Positions 18,269 to 27,916 are shown, numbered from the stretch's first letter. The stretch: DNA of 64,000 nucleotides from an uncultured Pseudomonadota bacterium (GCA_963736005.1 CAVTNB010000003.1:384001-448000); one strand, 5' to 3'. Notes: generated by a model from the sequence alone, not told the origin. Made by a program: numbers and translations.

Positions 18269-20815
18269 TTAGTGTTTGAGCTTGGACTTGGATTCGAGGC
18301 GGTCGATGCGGTCCAACAAAATCTTATTGCTCTCTCGCAGCGATTCAATTTCTCCCCGCAACTCTTTGAGCTCGGCGGGCTTCTCTTGGTATTCAGCGAT
18401 CGCCCGTGCCGCGGTGGTCGCAGCACCTTTCAGCCGGCCTTCGACGTCTTGTGACGCAATGCGCTGTAAGACTGGGATTGCGGCAACGTCGTGCAACTCC
18501 ACCAGCGCACCAATGGCGGACAACCGAGCGTAGAAGTTCTTGTCCTCGAGCAAGTCCATCAGACGAGACCGCACCTTGCGGTTGCCCTGCCCTAGCTTGC
18601 CAAGTGCTGAAATCGCCGCTTCGCGCGCATACGTCGGCTTACCATACTCTGTCCAGTCGAGCAGCACGGGAATAGCACGATCGTCGCCAAGTTCGGCGAG
18701 TCCTTGCATTGCGCCGCTGCGAATGACTTCGTTGAATGACGTTTTCTCCAAGGCCTTTGTCAACAGCGCATACACCTTCTTGGATCGCGTCTTGCCTATG
18801 GCGAGCGCAGCCTCAGCTTCAACAAAGTACGAAGCGTCGCGCGCAAGCAGCATCGCTATTGCTTCGCACGCGGCGTCGCCACGAAACTCACCGAGCGCAC
18901 GTGTTACCGCTCTGCGCGCCTTGGGGTGGTCGACTTTCCTCGCCCGAACGAGCGCAGCAAACGCTCGCTCGCTGCGGATGCTCCCTAGTGCCGCTGCGGC
19001 TTGCGCCTTCACGCCCCAAAACGACCGGCCAGCCAACAGCCGGTCCAAGGCATCGACAACATCAGGCGCTGGATCTCTTGCCAGCGCACGAATCGCGTCC
19101 ACCCGTGCACACAAATTCTTGTCGGTCAAACTTTGGCGAATGAGCATCTCAAAGGGCACGCGCAACTCAACCGTCTTGAGCACGTCGCCGTCAGGATCGA
19201 AGCAAAAAATCTCCGGACGCTTGGGGAGCGCAAAGTTGAACGTCTGCTCCCGCTGCTCCAGCTCGATCTTGAAGCGCTGCTCGGCCTTGCCCGTCACAAA
19301 CGCCACAGTCATAGGAAGCGTGAAGACGGGCGTCCCGTCCTCTGGGTCTTGCGTTTGTTCGACCCGCACCGCGGCAGATTTTGTTTTTTCATCCCACGTA
19401 TAGTGAACGCGAAACGACGGATGGCCGCCGTGGAACACCCACTGATCGAAAAACGGCAGCATGTTCTTGCCGGTCACGGTCTCGATGGAGCGAATGAAGT
19501 CGATGGTCTCCACATTGCCCAGCTTGTGCTCCGAGACATAATGGTAAATGGTTTGCCACCACAACTGGTCGCCCAGCGTCCGTCGAATGAGGTGCAGCAC
19601 GCACGCAGCCTTTTCGTACAGATGACGGTCGAACAGATCGATTGGCTCGATGTACACGTTGGTGACGATCGGCCGGCGGTATTTCTTGATGTCCTCTTCA
19701 AAATAGCGCTGTGCAAGCATGAGCCGGTAGTAGTCAAACTCGTCTTCGCCTTGGTCGAACTCGCGAAAGAGCGCCTCGAAGTAGGTTGCGAAGCCTTCGT
19801 TGAGCCACGCGTGCGACCAATCTTTGCAGGTCAAGAGATCGCCGAACCATTGATGCGCAAGCTCGTGCGCAACGAGGCTATCGCTCGAGAAATCGAGATG
19901 AGCGCGCGCATCGTGCAGCGTCGTGTCGGTCTGCGTCGTCGCGCTCGTGTTCTCCATGCCACCAAAAATAAAGTCCGTGACGGCGATCTGCGCGTACTGT
20001 GCATAGGGGTATGGCACCCCGATGCGATCCGAATAGAACTTCACCATCTTCGGGGTCTTGCCGAAGGAGCGCTCGCCATCCGCTTCGCGGCCTGGAACGA
20101 CGTAATAGGAGACCGGAAGATCCCCGAGCATCTCGGTCTCCTCGGAAAACTCACCCGCCACGCACGAGACCAGATACGTCACGTGCGGCGTGTCCATTTT
20201 CCAATGATATGTCTTGGTTTTTGCCTTCGTATCGCCCGTCGTTGAGACCAGCGCTCCATTGCTCAACACAAAAAAGTTGGCGGGCACCTTCGCGATGAGC
20301 TCGGTTGTTGCTTTGGCATTGGGATAGTCGATGCACGGGAACCAGTAGTGGGCGTCTTGATCTTGTCCTTGGGTCCACACCTGGACCGGCTTGCGCGGAT
20401 AACCCTTGTCAGGGGAAATGAAATAAATGCCCTGGGTTGGCTGTCGGGCCTCGTAATCCACGATCACCGTGCTCGACTTCCCGGGCTGCAGCGTCTGGTC
20501 GAGATCGATCAGCAGCTTGCCAGCGGCAAGCTCGAAGGACAGCTTTTTCCCGGACGCGCTGCGCGCAGCCTTGATATGCAGGTGGTCGGCATCCATCTCG
20601 AGCGAATCCAGCGATTTGCCGACCGCACGGAACGTCGTGCGGCAGCTGCCAAAGAGCACGTGGTCTTTGAAATCAAACGAGACTGTCAGCGCGATGTGCT
20701 CGATGGCCGCGGGCCGATCCGGTGCGTAGCGCGGTTTGGTACCCGGTAGGGCAAAGGGTCGACGACCGATGGAGTAATCTCCAACGTCCGCGCGACGGCA
20801 ATACGCTTCGTTCAT
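18269..20815 (-). CDS. pepN: M1 family aminopeptidase with C-terminal HEAT repeats and coiled coil
   Basis: GGMEN, HELAHQW-NEGFA zinc motif; HEAT-like repeats. Confidence 0.9.
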   Translation of the reverse strand: MNEAYCRRADVGDYSIGRRPFALPGTKPRYAPDRPAAIEHIALTVSFDFKDHVLFGSCRTTFRAVGKSLDSLEMDADHLHIKAARSASGKKLSFELAAGKLLIDLDQTLQPGKSSTVIVDYEARQPTQGIYFISPDKGYPRKPVQVWTQGQDQDAHYWFPCIDYPNAKATTELIAKVPANFFVLSNGALVSTTGDTKAKTKTYHWKMDTPHVTYLVSCVAGEFSEETEMLGDLPVSYYVVPGREADGERSFGKTPKMVKFYSDRIGVPYPYAQYAQIAVTDFIFGGMENTSATTQTDTTLHDARAHLDFSSDSLVAHELAHQWFGDLLTCKDWSHAWLNEGFATYFEALFREFDQGEDEFDYYRLMLAQRYFEEDIKKYRRPIVTNVYIEPIDLFDRHLYEKAACVLHLIRRTLGDQLWWQTIYHYVSEHKLGNVETIDFIRSIETVTGKNMLPFFDQWVFHGGHPSFRVHYTWDEKTKSAAVRVEQTQDPEDGTPVFTLPMTVAFVTGKAEQRFKIELEQREQTFNFALPKRPEIFCFDPDGDVLKTVELRVPFEMLIRQSLTDKNLCARVDAIRALARDPAPDVVDALDRLLAGRSFWGVKAQAAAALGSIRSERAFAALVRARKVDHPKARRAVTRALGEFRGDAACEAIAMLLARDASYFVEAEAALAIGKTRSKKVYALLTKALEKTSFNEVIRSGAMQGLAELGDDRAIPVLLDWTEYGKPTYAREAAISALGKLGQGNRKVRSRLMDLLEDKNFYARLSAIGALVELHDVAAIPVLQRIASQDVEGRLKGAATTAARAIAEYQEKPAELKELRGEIESLRESNKILLDRIDRLESKSKLKH

Positions 20816-20843
20816 TAATTTTCCTTAGGTCAAAGAATGCTTG

Positions 20844-20868
20844 AGCGGACTTCAAGATCCGCTGCTGC
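20844..20868 (-). repeat. Degenerate REP family A
   Basis: agcggacttcaagatccgctgctgc. Confidence 0.55.
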
Positions 20869-20950
20869 TATAATTGCGGTGCGAGCAATTTAGCCAGCCA
20901 GGCTCGAGAATCCATCTAGATGCGTGGCCCGCTGCGATTTTTCTCGTTGT

Positions 20951-23014
20951 CTATTTTGCGGCGGCCGCCATCTCTTTGCGTTCGGCCGTGACGATTTGCA
21001 CGACCTTAGGCGGAGCAAACTCGAAATGATCGTGCTCCGCTGTGTAGTAACCGAGGCCTTGGGTGGCCGTGCGCAGCTCGGTTAAATATCGCGGCATTTC
21101 CGATTGCGGCACGAGCGCTTTGACGACATCTGCGCCTCGGCGCTCTTCGCTCGGACCGTAGTTGAGAATCTGGCCGCGGTGACCGCTGATTTGTTGCAGC
21201 ACCGTGCTCGTGTACGTGGTTGGCACGGTGATCTCAACTCGTTGAATCGGCTCGAGCAGCACGGGATGACATTTTGGCATGCCCTCGCGCATGGCGAGCG
21301 AAGCTGCAAGTTTGAAGGACATTTCATTCGAGTCGACGCTGTGGTACGAACCGTCGTAGAGCGTCACCTTAAGGTCCACCACCGGGAAGCCTCCCAACGG
21401 CCCGCGTTCGAGCGCTTCCCGCACGCCTTTTTCGACGCCTGGAAAAAACTGCTTCGGTACAGAACCGCCGACCACACGCTCGTCAAATTTGAAACCAGAA
21501 CCGCGAGGCAACGGCTCGATCTCAATGTGAACATCGCCGAACATGCCGTGGCCTCCGGTTTGGTGCTTGTATCGGCCCTGCTGTTGCGTCTTGCCCGTAA
21601 TGGTTTCGCGATAGGGCACCGCGGGCAGCTGCGTGTCGAGCTTCACGCTGTACTTGCGCTGTAAGCGTTCCACGGTGACGGCGAGGTGCATTTCCCCATA
21701 GCCGCGCAGCACGAGCTCATCAGTAAACTCAGCACGCTCGACAACCAGGGTTGGATCTTCTTCGCGCATGCGCACGAGCAATTGTGAGAGCTTTGCTTCG
21801 TCCGATCGGTCGTGGGGACGCAATGCCAACGAGAAGGCTGCCTTCGGCAATTTGCGCTTGGGCATGATCGTCTTGTTTGCATTGGAACACAGGGTGTCGC
21901 CCGTGACGGTCGTATCGAGCCGCGCTATCGCCGCAATGCTGCCCGGACCGAGGTTGCTCGCGGTCGTCTGCGCCTTGCCGAGCAGCGCGTAGAGGCCGCC
22001 GGGGCGCTCCTTGACGTCGCGATTGACGTTGACAAGCGCGGTGTCCGGATTGAGCGTTCCAGAAAAAACTCTGACGATCGAAAGCTTGCCGCTTTGTGGG
22101 TGGACGATCGTCTTGCAGACTTGGGCGACAACCGGTCCGTTTGGATTTGGTTCGACAACTTTGCCAGCTTCATCATTGCGCCGCACTTGCGTACCGTCGG
22201 GAAACTGCCGGATGATGAGGTCGAGGAGCTCGGCGACTCCCCAGCCGCGGATGCCGCTGGTAACGAGCACGGGTATGATCTTATCGGCGCTGACATCTGT
22301 CGTGAGATCCTGTTCGACCTCTTCGAGCGGCGGCTCCGTGCCCTCCAAAATCTCTTCCATGAGGTGGTCGTCGAAATCGGCCAGCGCTTCGAGCAGTTGC
22401 TCGTGATTCTTGTCGGCAAAATGTTCAGGCAAGGTGCTGGGGCTTGCCACGCCGTCCGAATACTTGTACGCTTTCATCGTCACCACGTCGACGAACCCTG
22501 ACAGGTTCTCGCCTTGGCCAATCGGCGCTTGCTCGGCCACCACGTGGTTGCCGAAGCGCTGGCGCAGCGCCGCGTACGTGCCAACGAAATCTGCGCCGGG
22601 ACGGTCGAGCCGATTGATGACGAAGCAATGCGGCAAGGAGAGCGATTCGACATAATCGACGATCATCTCGACTTGCGGCAAACGGTTAGGATCGGCCTCG
22701 ACGACGATGATGACGGCATCTGCGCCGGCGAGTGCAAACTTGGTCTCCTCAAGAAAATCGACTGCTCCTGGGCAGTCGATGATGTTGACAGACACTCCCC
22801 CGCTTCGCAGATAGGCGAATCCTGGCGTGACCGACATTTGGTGAGCGTGCGATTCGGGATCGTGATCTGTCGTCGCGGTGCCATCGACGACTGAGCCTTT
22901 GCGGGGAATCGCTTGGGTGTGAGCGAGCAGCGCCTCGACGAGCGTGGTCTTGCCGCTGTGGTGCGGGCCGACAAAAGCGACATTCCTGATGCCTTGGGCT
23001 TGCGCTGCAGCCAT
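20951..23014 (-). CDS. Elongation factor G-like paralogue (EF-G2/FusA2 type)
   Basis: GPHHSGKTTL, DCPG, NRLD, GEMHL, YRETI, KHQTGGHG, YHSVDSNE; RBS GGAGGT. Confidence 0.9.
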   Translation of the reverse strand: MAAAQAQGIRNVAFVGPHHSGKTTLVEALLAHTQAIPRKGSVVDGTATTDHDPESHAHQMSVTPGFAYLRSGGVSVNIIDCPGAVDFLEETKFALAGADAVIIVVEADPNRLPQVEMIVDYVESLSLPHCFVINRLDRPGADFVGTYAALRQRFGNHVVAEQAPIGQGENLSGFVDVVTMKAYKYSDGVASPSTLPEHFADKNHEQLLEALADFDDHLMEEILEGTEPPLEEVEQDLTTDVSADKIIPVLVTSGIRGWGVAELLDLIIRQFPDGTQVRRNDEAGKVVEPNPNGPVVAQVCKTIVHPQSGKLSIVRVFSGTLNPDTALVNVNRDVKERPGGLYALLGKAQTTASNLGPGSIAAIARLDTTVTGDTLCSNANKTIMPKRKLPKAAFSLALRPHDRSDEAKLSQLLVRMREEDPTLVVERAEFTDELVLRGYGEMHLAVTVERLQRKYSVKLDTQLPAVPYRETITGKTQQQGRYKHQTGGHGMFGDVHIEIEPLPRGSGFKFDERVVGGSVPKQFFPGVEKGVREALERGPLGGFPVVDLKVTLYDGSYHSVDSNEMSFKLAASLAMREGMPKCHPVLLEPIQRVEITVPTTYTSTVLQQISGHRGQILNYGPSEERRGADVVKALVPQSEMPRYLTELRTATQGLGYYTAEHDHFEFAPPKVVQIVTAERKEMAAAAK

Positions 23015-23146
23015 CATGACCTCCGCATCATTGAGAAAAGGGAGTGGGCTTTTCGACGCGGGTAGGAGCTTGCCTCTCGCCATGCGGGTCTGCGGCGCGG
23101 CACACGGGGGGTAGCAGCGGGAGGTGGCGCGAAAAAACGTTGTCCG

Positions 23147-23833
23147 ATGAACGCCCAGGCCACGCTGAACGTCAACGAGACGTTCGTTTCCATTCAGGGC
23201 GAAGGCGACCTGATCGGCGCGCCTGCGCTTTTTATTCGACTCGACGGCTGTCCGCTGCGCTGTTCGTGGTGCGATACGCCATACGCGTTGGCTGGTGACG
23301 CGGGGCGGCCCACGGACGTCGTTGCCTTGGCGGCGCTCGCTCGAAATCACAAGCGCATCGTTATTACCGGCGGTGAACCGCTCGCCCAAGACATCAAACC
23401 GTTGGTGACGGCATTGCGCGATGCTCATGTTACGGTCGAAACCAGCGGCACGATCTTCGCCGACCTGCCGGACGTGGCGCTCTTCTCGATCAGCCCCAAG
23501 GTTGGTTCGTCCGGCTACACCCCCAAACCGATCGTCCTCCGCCAGTTTTGCGCGAGTGCCGCTGGCCGCATGCAGCTGAAATTCGTCATCGCAAACGAAC
23601 TGGATTTGGCGCAGGCTCGAGCGCTGCTCCTCGCCATACGCGCAGATCTCCCACCGCGAACACCCATCATCTTGCAACCCGAAAGCGGCGAGGCGAACAA
23701 AAACAACTCCTATCTGTCGTTTTTGCGGTGGCTCACCGAAGCGGTGCTCGCAGATGAAACATGGAGCGACTTTAACGTCCGCGTGCTTCCGCAGTTGCAT
23801 TACTTGCTTTGGCACGGAGAGCCGGGCCGATGA
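23147..23833 (+). CDS. queE: 7-carboxy-7-deazaguanine synthase (radical SAM)
   Basis: F-SIQGEG, CPLRCSWCDT, TGGEP, VETSG, SPK, QLH. Confidence 0.9.
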   Translation: MNAQATLNVNETFVSIQGEGDLIGAPALFIRLDGCPLRCSWCDTPYALAGDAGRPTDVVALAALARNHKRIVITGGEPLAQDIKPLVTALRDAHVTVETSGTIFADLPDVALFSISPKVGSSGYTPKPIVLRQFCASAAGRMQLKFVIANELDLAQARALLLAIRADLPPRTPIILQPESGEANKNNSYLSFLRWLTEAVLADETWSDFNVRVLPQLHYLLWHGEPGR

Positions 23834-24192
23834 TATCCGTGTCGCTCACCTGTCACTTCGACGCGGCGCATCAACTCGTATTGCCGTATGATTCGCCGTG
23901 CAACCGCAGACACGGACACCGCTATACGGTTGAGATTACCGCCTCATCAGAAAAGCTGGAACATGGCATGGTCGTCGACTTCAATACGCTGCGCGAGGTC
24001 GTGGACGAGTTCGACCACTGCGATCTGAACGAACGACCGGAATTTTCTGTCACCGGTTTGGCGACGACTGCGGAAAATATTGCCTTTGTGCTGGCACAAA
24101 AACTCGAACACGCGGTTGGCCCGCGCGTGGCAATTGACGAGGTAACGGTGCGTGAAACGCCGCACTCGATGGCGCGTTGGAGGCGAGGCTAA
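23830..24192 (+). CDS. queD: 6-carboxytetrahydropterin synthase
   Basis: FDAAH, C-HGH-Y, DH-LN, TAENIA, ET; ATGA-coupled to queE. Confidence 0.9.
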   Translation: MISVSLTCHFDAAHQLVLPYDSPCNRRHGHRYTVEITASSEKLEHGMVVDFNTLREVVDEFDHCDLNERPEFSVTGLATTAENIAFVLAQKLEHAVGPRVAIDEVTVRETPHSMARWRRG

Positions 24193-24193
24193 G

Positions 24194-24217
24194 GCGCGAA
24201 TAAATTCGCGCGACGAC
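24194..24217 (-). repeat. REP family B between convergent queD and rpoZ
   Basis: gcgcgaataaattcgcgcgacgac. Confidence 0.8.
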
Positions 24218-24219
24218 GT

Positions 24220-24447
24220 CTAGCGGGCGTTGGTGTCGATTTCGATGTCGAGCTTATCGGCTGCGATCTCGGCGAACGCGGTCGTCACCGCCTTCTCGGG
24301 ATTGGCCCCTTCGATCGCAGGCTCGTCTCGGTTGACCAGTTGTTGGGCGCGCACGCGTGCTGCGTTAACGAGCAGGTACTTATTGCCCACGCGCGCCAAA
24401 AGCTGATCGATATCGCCAAATGATTTTGGTGTTTTCGTATCTTTCAT
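24220..24447 (-). CDS. rpoZ: RNA polymerase omega subunit
   Basis: IDQLL-VGNKYLLV-A-RA-QL and KAVTTAFAEI. Confidence 0.85.
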   Translation of the reverse strand: MKDTKTPKSFGDIDQLLARVGNKYLLVNAARVRAQQLVNRDEPAIEGANPEKAVTTAFAEIAADKLDIEIDTNAR

Positions 24448-24519
24448 CAGACCAGACTCGTTCGACTAACAGCCGTGGGCGCCTGCCCGCGTTGTGCGAT
24501 CAATGGGTGATGGCGGTGA

Positions 24520-24951
24520 CTATTCTTGCAGCAACATCTCCAGAGTCCCGCGCATGGCGACAAGACCATCTTGGTTGGTCGCGGTCCCTTCGAACAAGAT
24601 AATCATGCCGCGCAGCGATTCCTTTTGGTATGTGTCGGTGACTTGCCAACGCAATTCAAGGTTGTCTCCCTCGCGAACCGCAGCGGTAAATCGAAAAGAA
24701 CACCCAAGACCAATGGCCGTGCCGCGCTCAGCGAGCCAGGAGGCTGCCATGCCAAGCATAAGCGAAATTGTCTGCTCGGCTGAAGCAATGCGTTTGCCGA
24801 AGCGCGAGCGCGCGCCTGAAGCTTGATCGTGATGCACGGGGTTGTGGTCTCCAGCCCTGTGCGCGAAATCGGCGACGTCAGCAGCATCGTACCGATGATG
24901 CTGCGAGAAGGTGTCGCCCGAAGAAACCCGTTGTGCCAGTGGTAGCGCCAT
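24520..24951 (-). CDS. MaoC-family hot-dog dehydratase
   Basis: FA-GDHNPVH-D and RFGKRIA. Confidence 0.85.
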   Translation of the reverse strand: MALPLAQRVSSGDTFSQHHRYDAADVADFAHRAGDHNPVHHDQASGARSRFGKRIASAEQTISLMLGMAASWLAERGTAIGLGCSFRFTAAVREGDNLELRWQVTDTYQKESLRGMIILFEGTATNQDGLVAMRGTLEMLLQE

Positions 24952-24997
24952 AGTGGGTCCCTATTATGGAAGGTGCAAGCAGCGGTCCTTTAAGCTC

Positions 24998-25024
24998 AAA
25001 AAGGACGGCCTGAGCCGTCCTTTT
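24998..25024. terminator. Rho-independent terminator, bidirectional type
   Basis: AAAAAGGACGGC-CTGA-GCCGTCCTTTT, just downstream of the STAS gene. Confidence 0.75.
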
Positions 25025-25046
25025 GATTTCTTGCGCGCAGCGCGAC

Positions 25047-25406
25047 CTATGCGGCTTTGTGCAGCCCGATGGCGCGGAGCGCCTCTGAACCGCTGCGAAA
25101 GATGACAACCGAGGATGGAAGATTGGCGTGCGCGAGAACCTCGGCAAGCCAGCTATCCTTGGCGACAAAGGCCACGTGCAGGGTGGGTCGCTCTGCAATC
25201 AACTTGGCAACCGTCCCCGTCAGTTTGCCGACACCAATTTCATCAACGCTGGCCAAATCTTCGAGATCGATGATGAGGTCGCTGCCATCGAGGTGCGCGG
25301 CGTGAAAGAGAGCAGTCTGCACTGTGGGCGCCGCCGCGAAATCCAATTGCCCTTCAATTTTGAAGAGATTCCATTTCGTCGTGGCGGGTAATGTTTGTAA
25401 AATCAT
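25047..25406 (-). CDS. STAS-domain protein (anti-anti-sigma-like)
   Basis: IEGQLDFAAAP, LIIDLEDLASVDEIG; canonical phospho-Ser position reads Glu. Confidence 0.75.
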   Translation of the reverse strand: MILQTLPATTKWNLFKIEGQLDFAAAPTVQTALFHAAHLDGSDLIIDLEDLASVDEIGVGKLTGTVAKLIAERPTLHVAFVAKDSWLAEVLAHANLPSSVVIFRSGSEALRAIGLHKAA

Positions 25407-25619
25407 TGTGTCACCTAGGTCACGTTATCGGCGTTCCCGCGAGACTTTACACCTCTGGTCCGAATTTTTACAAGTACTCATCTAGTTTTTAAACTCTACA
25501 TCTTGGGTTAGCGAGGAAGCTGCATCGCAAGACGTGCTGCTGTCCCGTTGCATTCCACGTTTGCGGCGCGACGCGGCCCAAGGAAGGGGCCACGCCGTCA
25601 AGGCCGTGAAGGGCGCTGC

Positions 25620-25808
25620 ATGGACGTTGTCTGCATCATCGGTGACCGCGTCTATCACTCCCCAGGAAGTCCTTGTCAGCGGGAGCTTGATAGCCGTGGC
25701 CAGCTGCTCAACCTCACGGAAGCGCAGGCGCACGAAGTGGGCATGGAACCCTGCGGGTTCTGCATGGCTCCCCATTCCAGCGAGGATCCTACGCCAAAAA
25801 GGGGCTAA
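25620..25808 (+). CDS. Small Ada-like metal-binding domain protein (62 aa)
   Basis: VYH-C and EAQA-G-EPCGFC pattern. Confidence 0.55.
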   Translation: MDVVCIIGDRVYHSPGSPCQRELDSRGQLLNLTEAQAHEVGMEPCGFCMAPHSSEDPTPKRG

Positions 25809-26202
25809 GCGCTGCGCGCAGTTCCTCAGGCAGTGTCCGCTTGGCAAACGATTTTCGATCGATGCAGACCAGCACGATCTCGAAATCTGCGATCCGAGTC
25901 TTTGCATCATTGTCGATCGTGAACCCAAGTGCGACCGACGTTGTGCCAAGCGACTTGACGAAAGCGGCGACCGTCAGCTTCTCATCCAATCGTGCCGGGG
26001 CGTGAAAATCACCCGAGAAGTGTACGCGCGGCAGCCAGCAGTCAAACTCGTCGAAGACCTTTCCATACGGCATGCCCGCGGCTCGAAAGAGTTCGGTCTC
26101 CGCAACTTCAACGAAGCGTACGAACGCACCGTAGCAGACGATGCCGGCAGCATCGACATCACTCCAGCGTACGTATTCTTGAATCTCAAATGGCTTCTTC
26201 AT
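25789..26202 (-). CDS. Acyl-CoA thioesterase (4HBT/YbgC family)
   Basis: VRWSDVDAAGIV, F-APARLDE. Confidence 0.85.
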   Translation of the reverse strand: MKKPFEIQEYVRWSDVDAAGIVCYGAFVRFVEVAETELFRAAGMPYGKVFDEFDCWLPRVHFSGDFHAPARLDEKLTVAAFVKSLGTTSVALGFTIDNDAKTRIADFEIVLVCIDRKSFAKRTLPEELRAALSPFLA

Positions 26203-26228
26203 GGGGCGATTTTCCAATCGCCCCCTAC
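26203..26228 (-). repeat. REP family C (GTAGGGGGCGATTGGAAAATCGCCCC); supplies tnaA stop and fills the whole intergenic gap
   Basis: Identical to 46282-46307 and 42089-42114. Confidence 0.85.
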
Positions 26229-27604
26229 AAGCGCTCAAAGCGAGCGGTGAAGTGCCGCAGCGGCGGCGATTGCCACGTCATTTTGAGGCCACGCACCTTC
26301 GCTTTGTCCTTGTACACTTCAGCCATCACCTCGATGACGTAGTCGACATGACTTTGCGTATAGACACGGCGCGGAATCGCGAGTCGAACGAGCTCCATCG
26401 CGGCGGGGGTCTCGGCACCCGTCTTCGGATCTATTGTGCCGAACATGACGGTTCCGATCTCCACGGCGCGAATGCCACCCGCGAGGTAGATTTCGCACAA
26501 GAGCGCTTGGCCCGGATATTGGAGCGGTGGAACCTGTGGTAAGAGCGCGGCTGCATCGACATAAATTGCGTGCCCGCCGGGTGGCTGCACGATCGGATAC
26601 CCAATCTCTGTCAGGTGCTTGCCGAGGTAGGCGGTCGAGGTAATGCGATATCTAAGGTAGTCATGATCGACGACCTCTTTGAGGCCGATGGCAATGGCCT
26701 CGAGGTCACGACCCGCCAGCCCGCCATAAGTTGGGAATCCTTCGGTCAAAATGAGAAGCGTCGCCTCTTGTTTGGCCAGCAATTCGTCGTTGGTCGCAAG
26801 AAAACCACCGATGTTAACCAGTCCGTCCTTCTTGGCTGACATCGTTGCTCCGTCGGCATACGAGAAGAGCTCGCGGGCGATGTCGATGACCGCTTTGCTC
26901 TCATAGCCTTTTTCGCGCTCGCGAATGAACCAGCAATTTTCGGCGAAGCGGCATGCATCGATGTAGAGCGGCAAGCGATGCTCCTTGCACACGTCGCGCA
27001 CCGCCTTGATGTTCTCCATCGAGACGGGCTGACCGCCACCGGAGTTGTTCGTGACGGTGAGCATGACGAGTGGAATCTTCTCCCTCCCAACCTCCGCAAT
27101 GAGGGCGCGCAATCCCGCCACGTCCATGTTGCCTTTGAACGGATGCATCGATGCGGGTTGGCGACCTTGCAGGATGGGCAAGTCGACGGCGACCGCACCG
27201 ACGTGCTCGATATTTGCGCGCGTCGTATCAAAATGCGTGTTGTTGGGAACCACGTCTCCTGGTTTGCAGACCGTGGCGAATAAAATGCGCTCGGCAGCGC
27301 GGCCTTGGTGAACTGGGAGCACGTATCGGAAGCCGAAGAGGTCGTGCACCGCATCGAAGAAACGATAGTACGAGCGTGCTCCCGCGTACGACTCGTCGCC
27401 TCGCATTATGCCAGCCCACTGCTCAGCGCTCATCGCTCCCGTGCCGCTGTCGGTGAGGAGATCGATGATGACGTCTTCGGCTTTGAGCAGAAACGGATTG
27501 TTGCCCGCAGCCTCAAGCAGCCGCTCGCGCTGGGCGCGCGTGGTCATCCGAATCGGTTCGACAACTTTAATACGAAAGGGTTCGATGATGGTATGAAATG
27601 ACAT
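26225..27604 (-). CDS. tnaA: Tryptophanase / tyrosine phenol-lyase family beta-eliminating lyase
   Basis: EPFRIKVVEP, IDLLTDSGT, GDESYAG, HQGRAAE, MSAKKD, EGFPTYGGL, RLAIPRRVYT. Confidence 0.9.
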   Translation of the reverse strand: MSFHTIIEPFRIKVVEPIRMTTRAQRERLLEAAGNNPFLLKAEDVIIDLLTDSGTGAMSAEQWAGIMRGDESYAGARSYYRFFDAVHDLFGFRYVLPVHQGRAAERILFATVCKPGDVVPNNTHFDTTRANIEHVGAVAVDLPILQGRQPASMHPFKGNMDVAGLRALIAEVGREKIPLVMLTVTNNSGGGQPVSMENIKAVRDVCKEHRLPLYIDACRFAENCWFIREREKGYESKAVIDIARELFSYADGATMSAKKDGLVNIGGFLATNDELLAKQEATLLILTEGFPTYGGLAGRDLEAIAIGLKEVVDHDYLRYRITSTAYLGKHLTEIGYPIVQPPGGHAIYVDAAALLPQVPPLQYPGQALLCEIYLAGGIRAVEIGTVMFGTIDPKTGAETPAAMELVRLAIPRRVYTQSHVDYVIEVMAEVYKDKAKVRGLKMTWQSPPLRHFTARFERL

Positions 27605-27705
27605 ACGACCCCCGTGATTGCTGCTCGGCGGTTCGCGCCGCAGCGGTGTCTCGCCTATGAGCTTTGGCCCAAGGAGATTCTAAAAACCGAACCTAAGGGG
27701 GCAGC

Positions 27706-27909
27706 GTGCTTGCTCAGTCAGTATTTCTCAACGTCTGCCCGAAGTGCGCTTCGCCGAACTTGGAGCGCCGCAAGTACTGGTATCCAACCTTGGGCTATGG
27801 CGATCAAGAATTGAACTGCCGCCTGTGTGGACTGTGCCTGTGGCCGCGCTTCGACGAATCGCCGCGCCGCGCATATTATCGATGGTTGATGAACCGACTC
27901 CGCTTTTAA
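27706..27909 (+). CDS. Small zinc-ribbon protein (67 aa)
   Basis: CPKC and CRLC pair; AAGGGG before GTG; fills gap between genes. Confidence 0.55.
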   Translation: MLAQSVFLNVCPKCASPNLERRKYWYPTLGYGDQELNCRLCGLCLWPRFDESPRRAYYRWLMNRLRF

Positions 27910-27916
27910 CGCGCGA

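Noticed and set aside
23040..23146. preQ1 riboswitch upstream of queE
   Set aside because: An A-tract (AAAAAACG) is present but I could not find the GGTTC loop and stem of class I preQ1 aptamers.
23018..23815. N-terminal extension of the 954-aa EF-G ORF
   Set aside because: It is antisense to queE; an RBS and ATG at 23014-23017 fit normal EF-G length.
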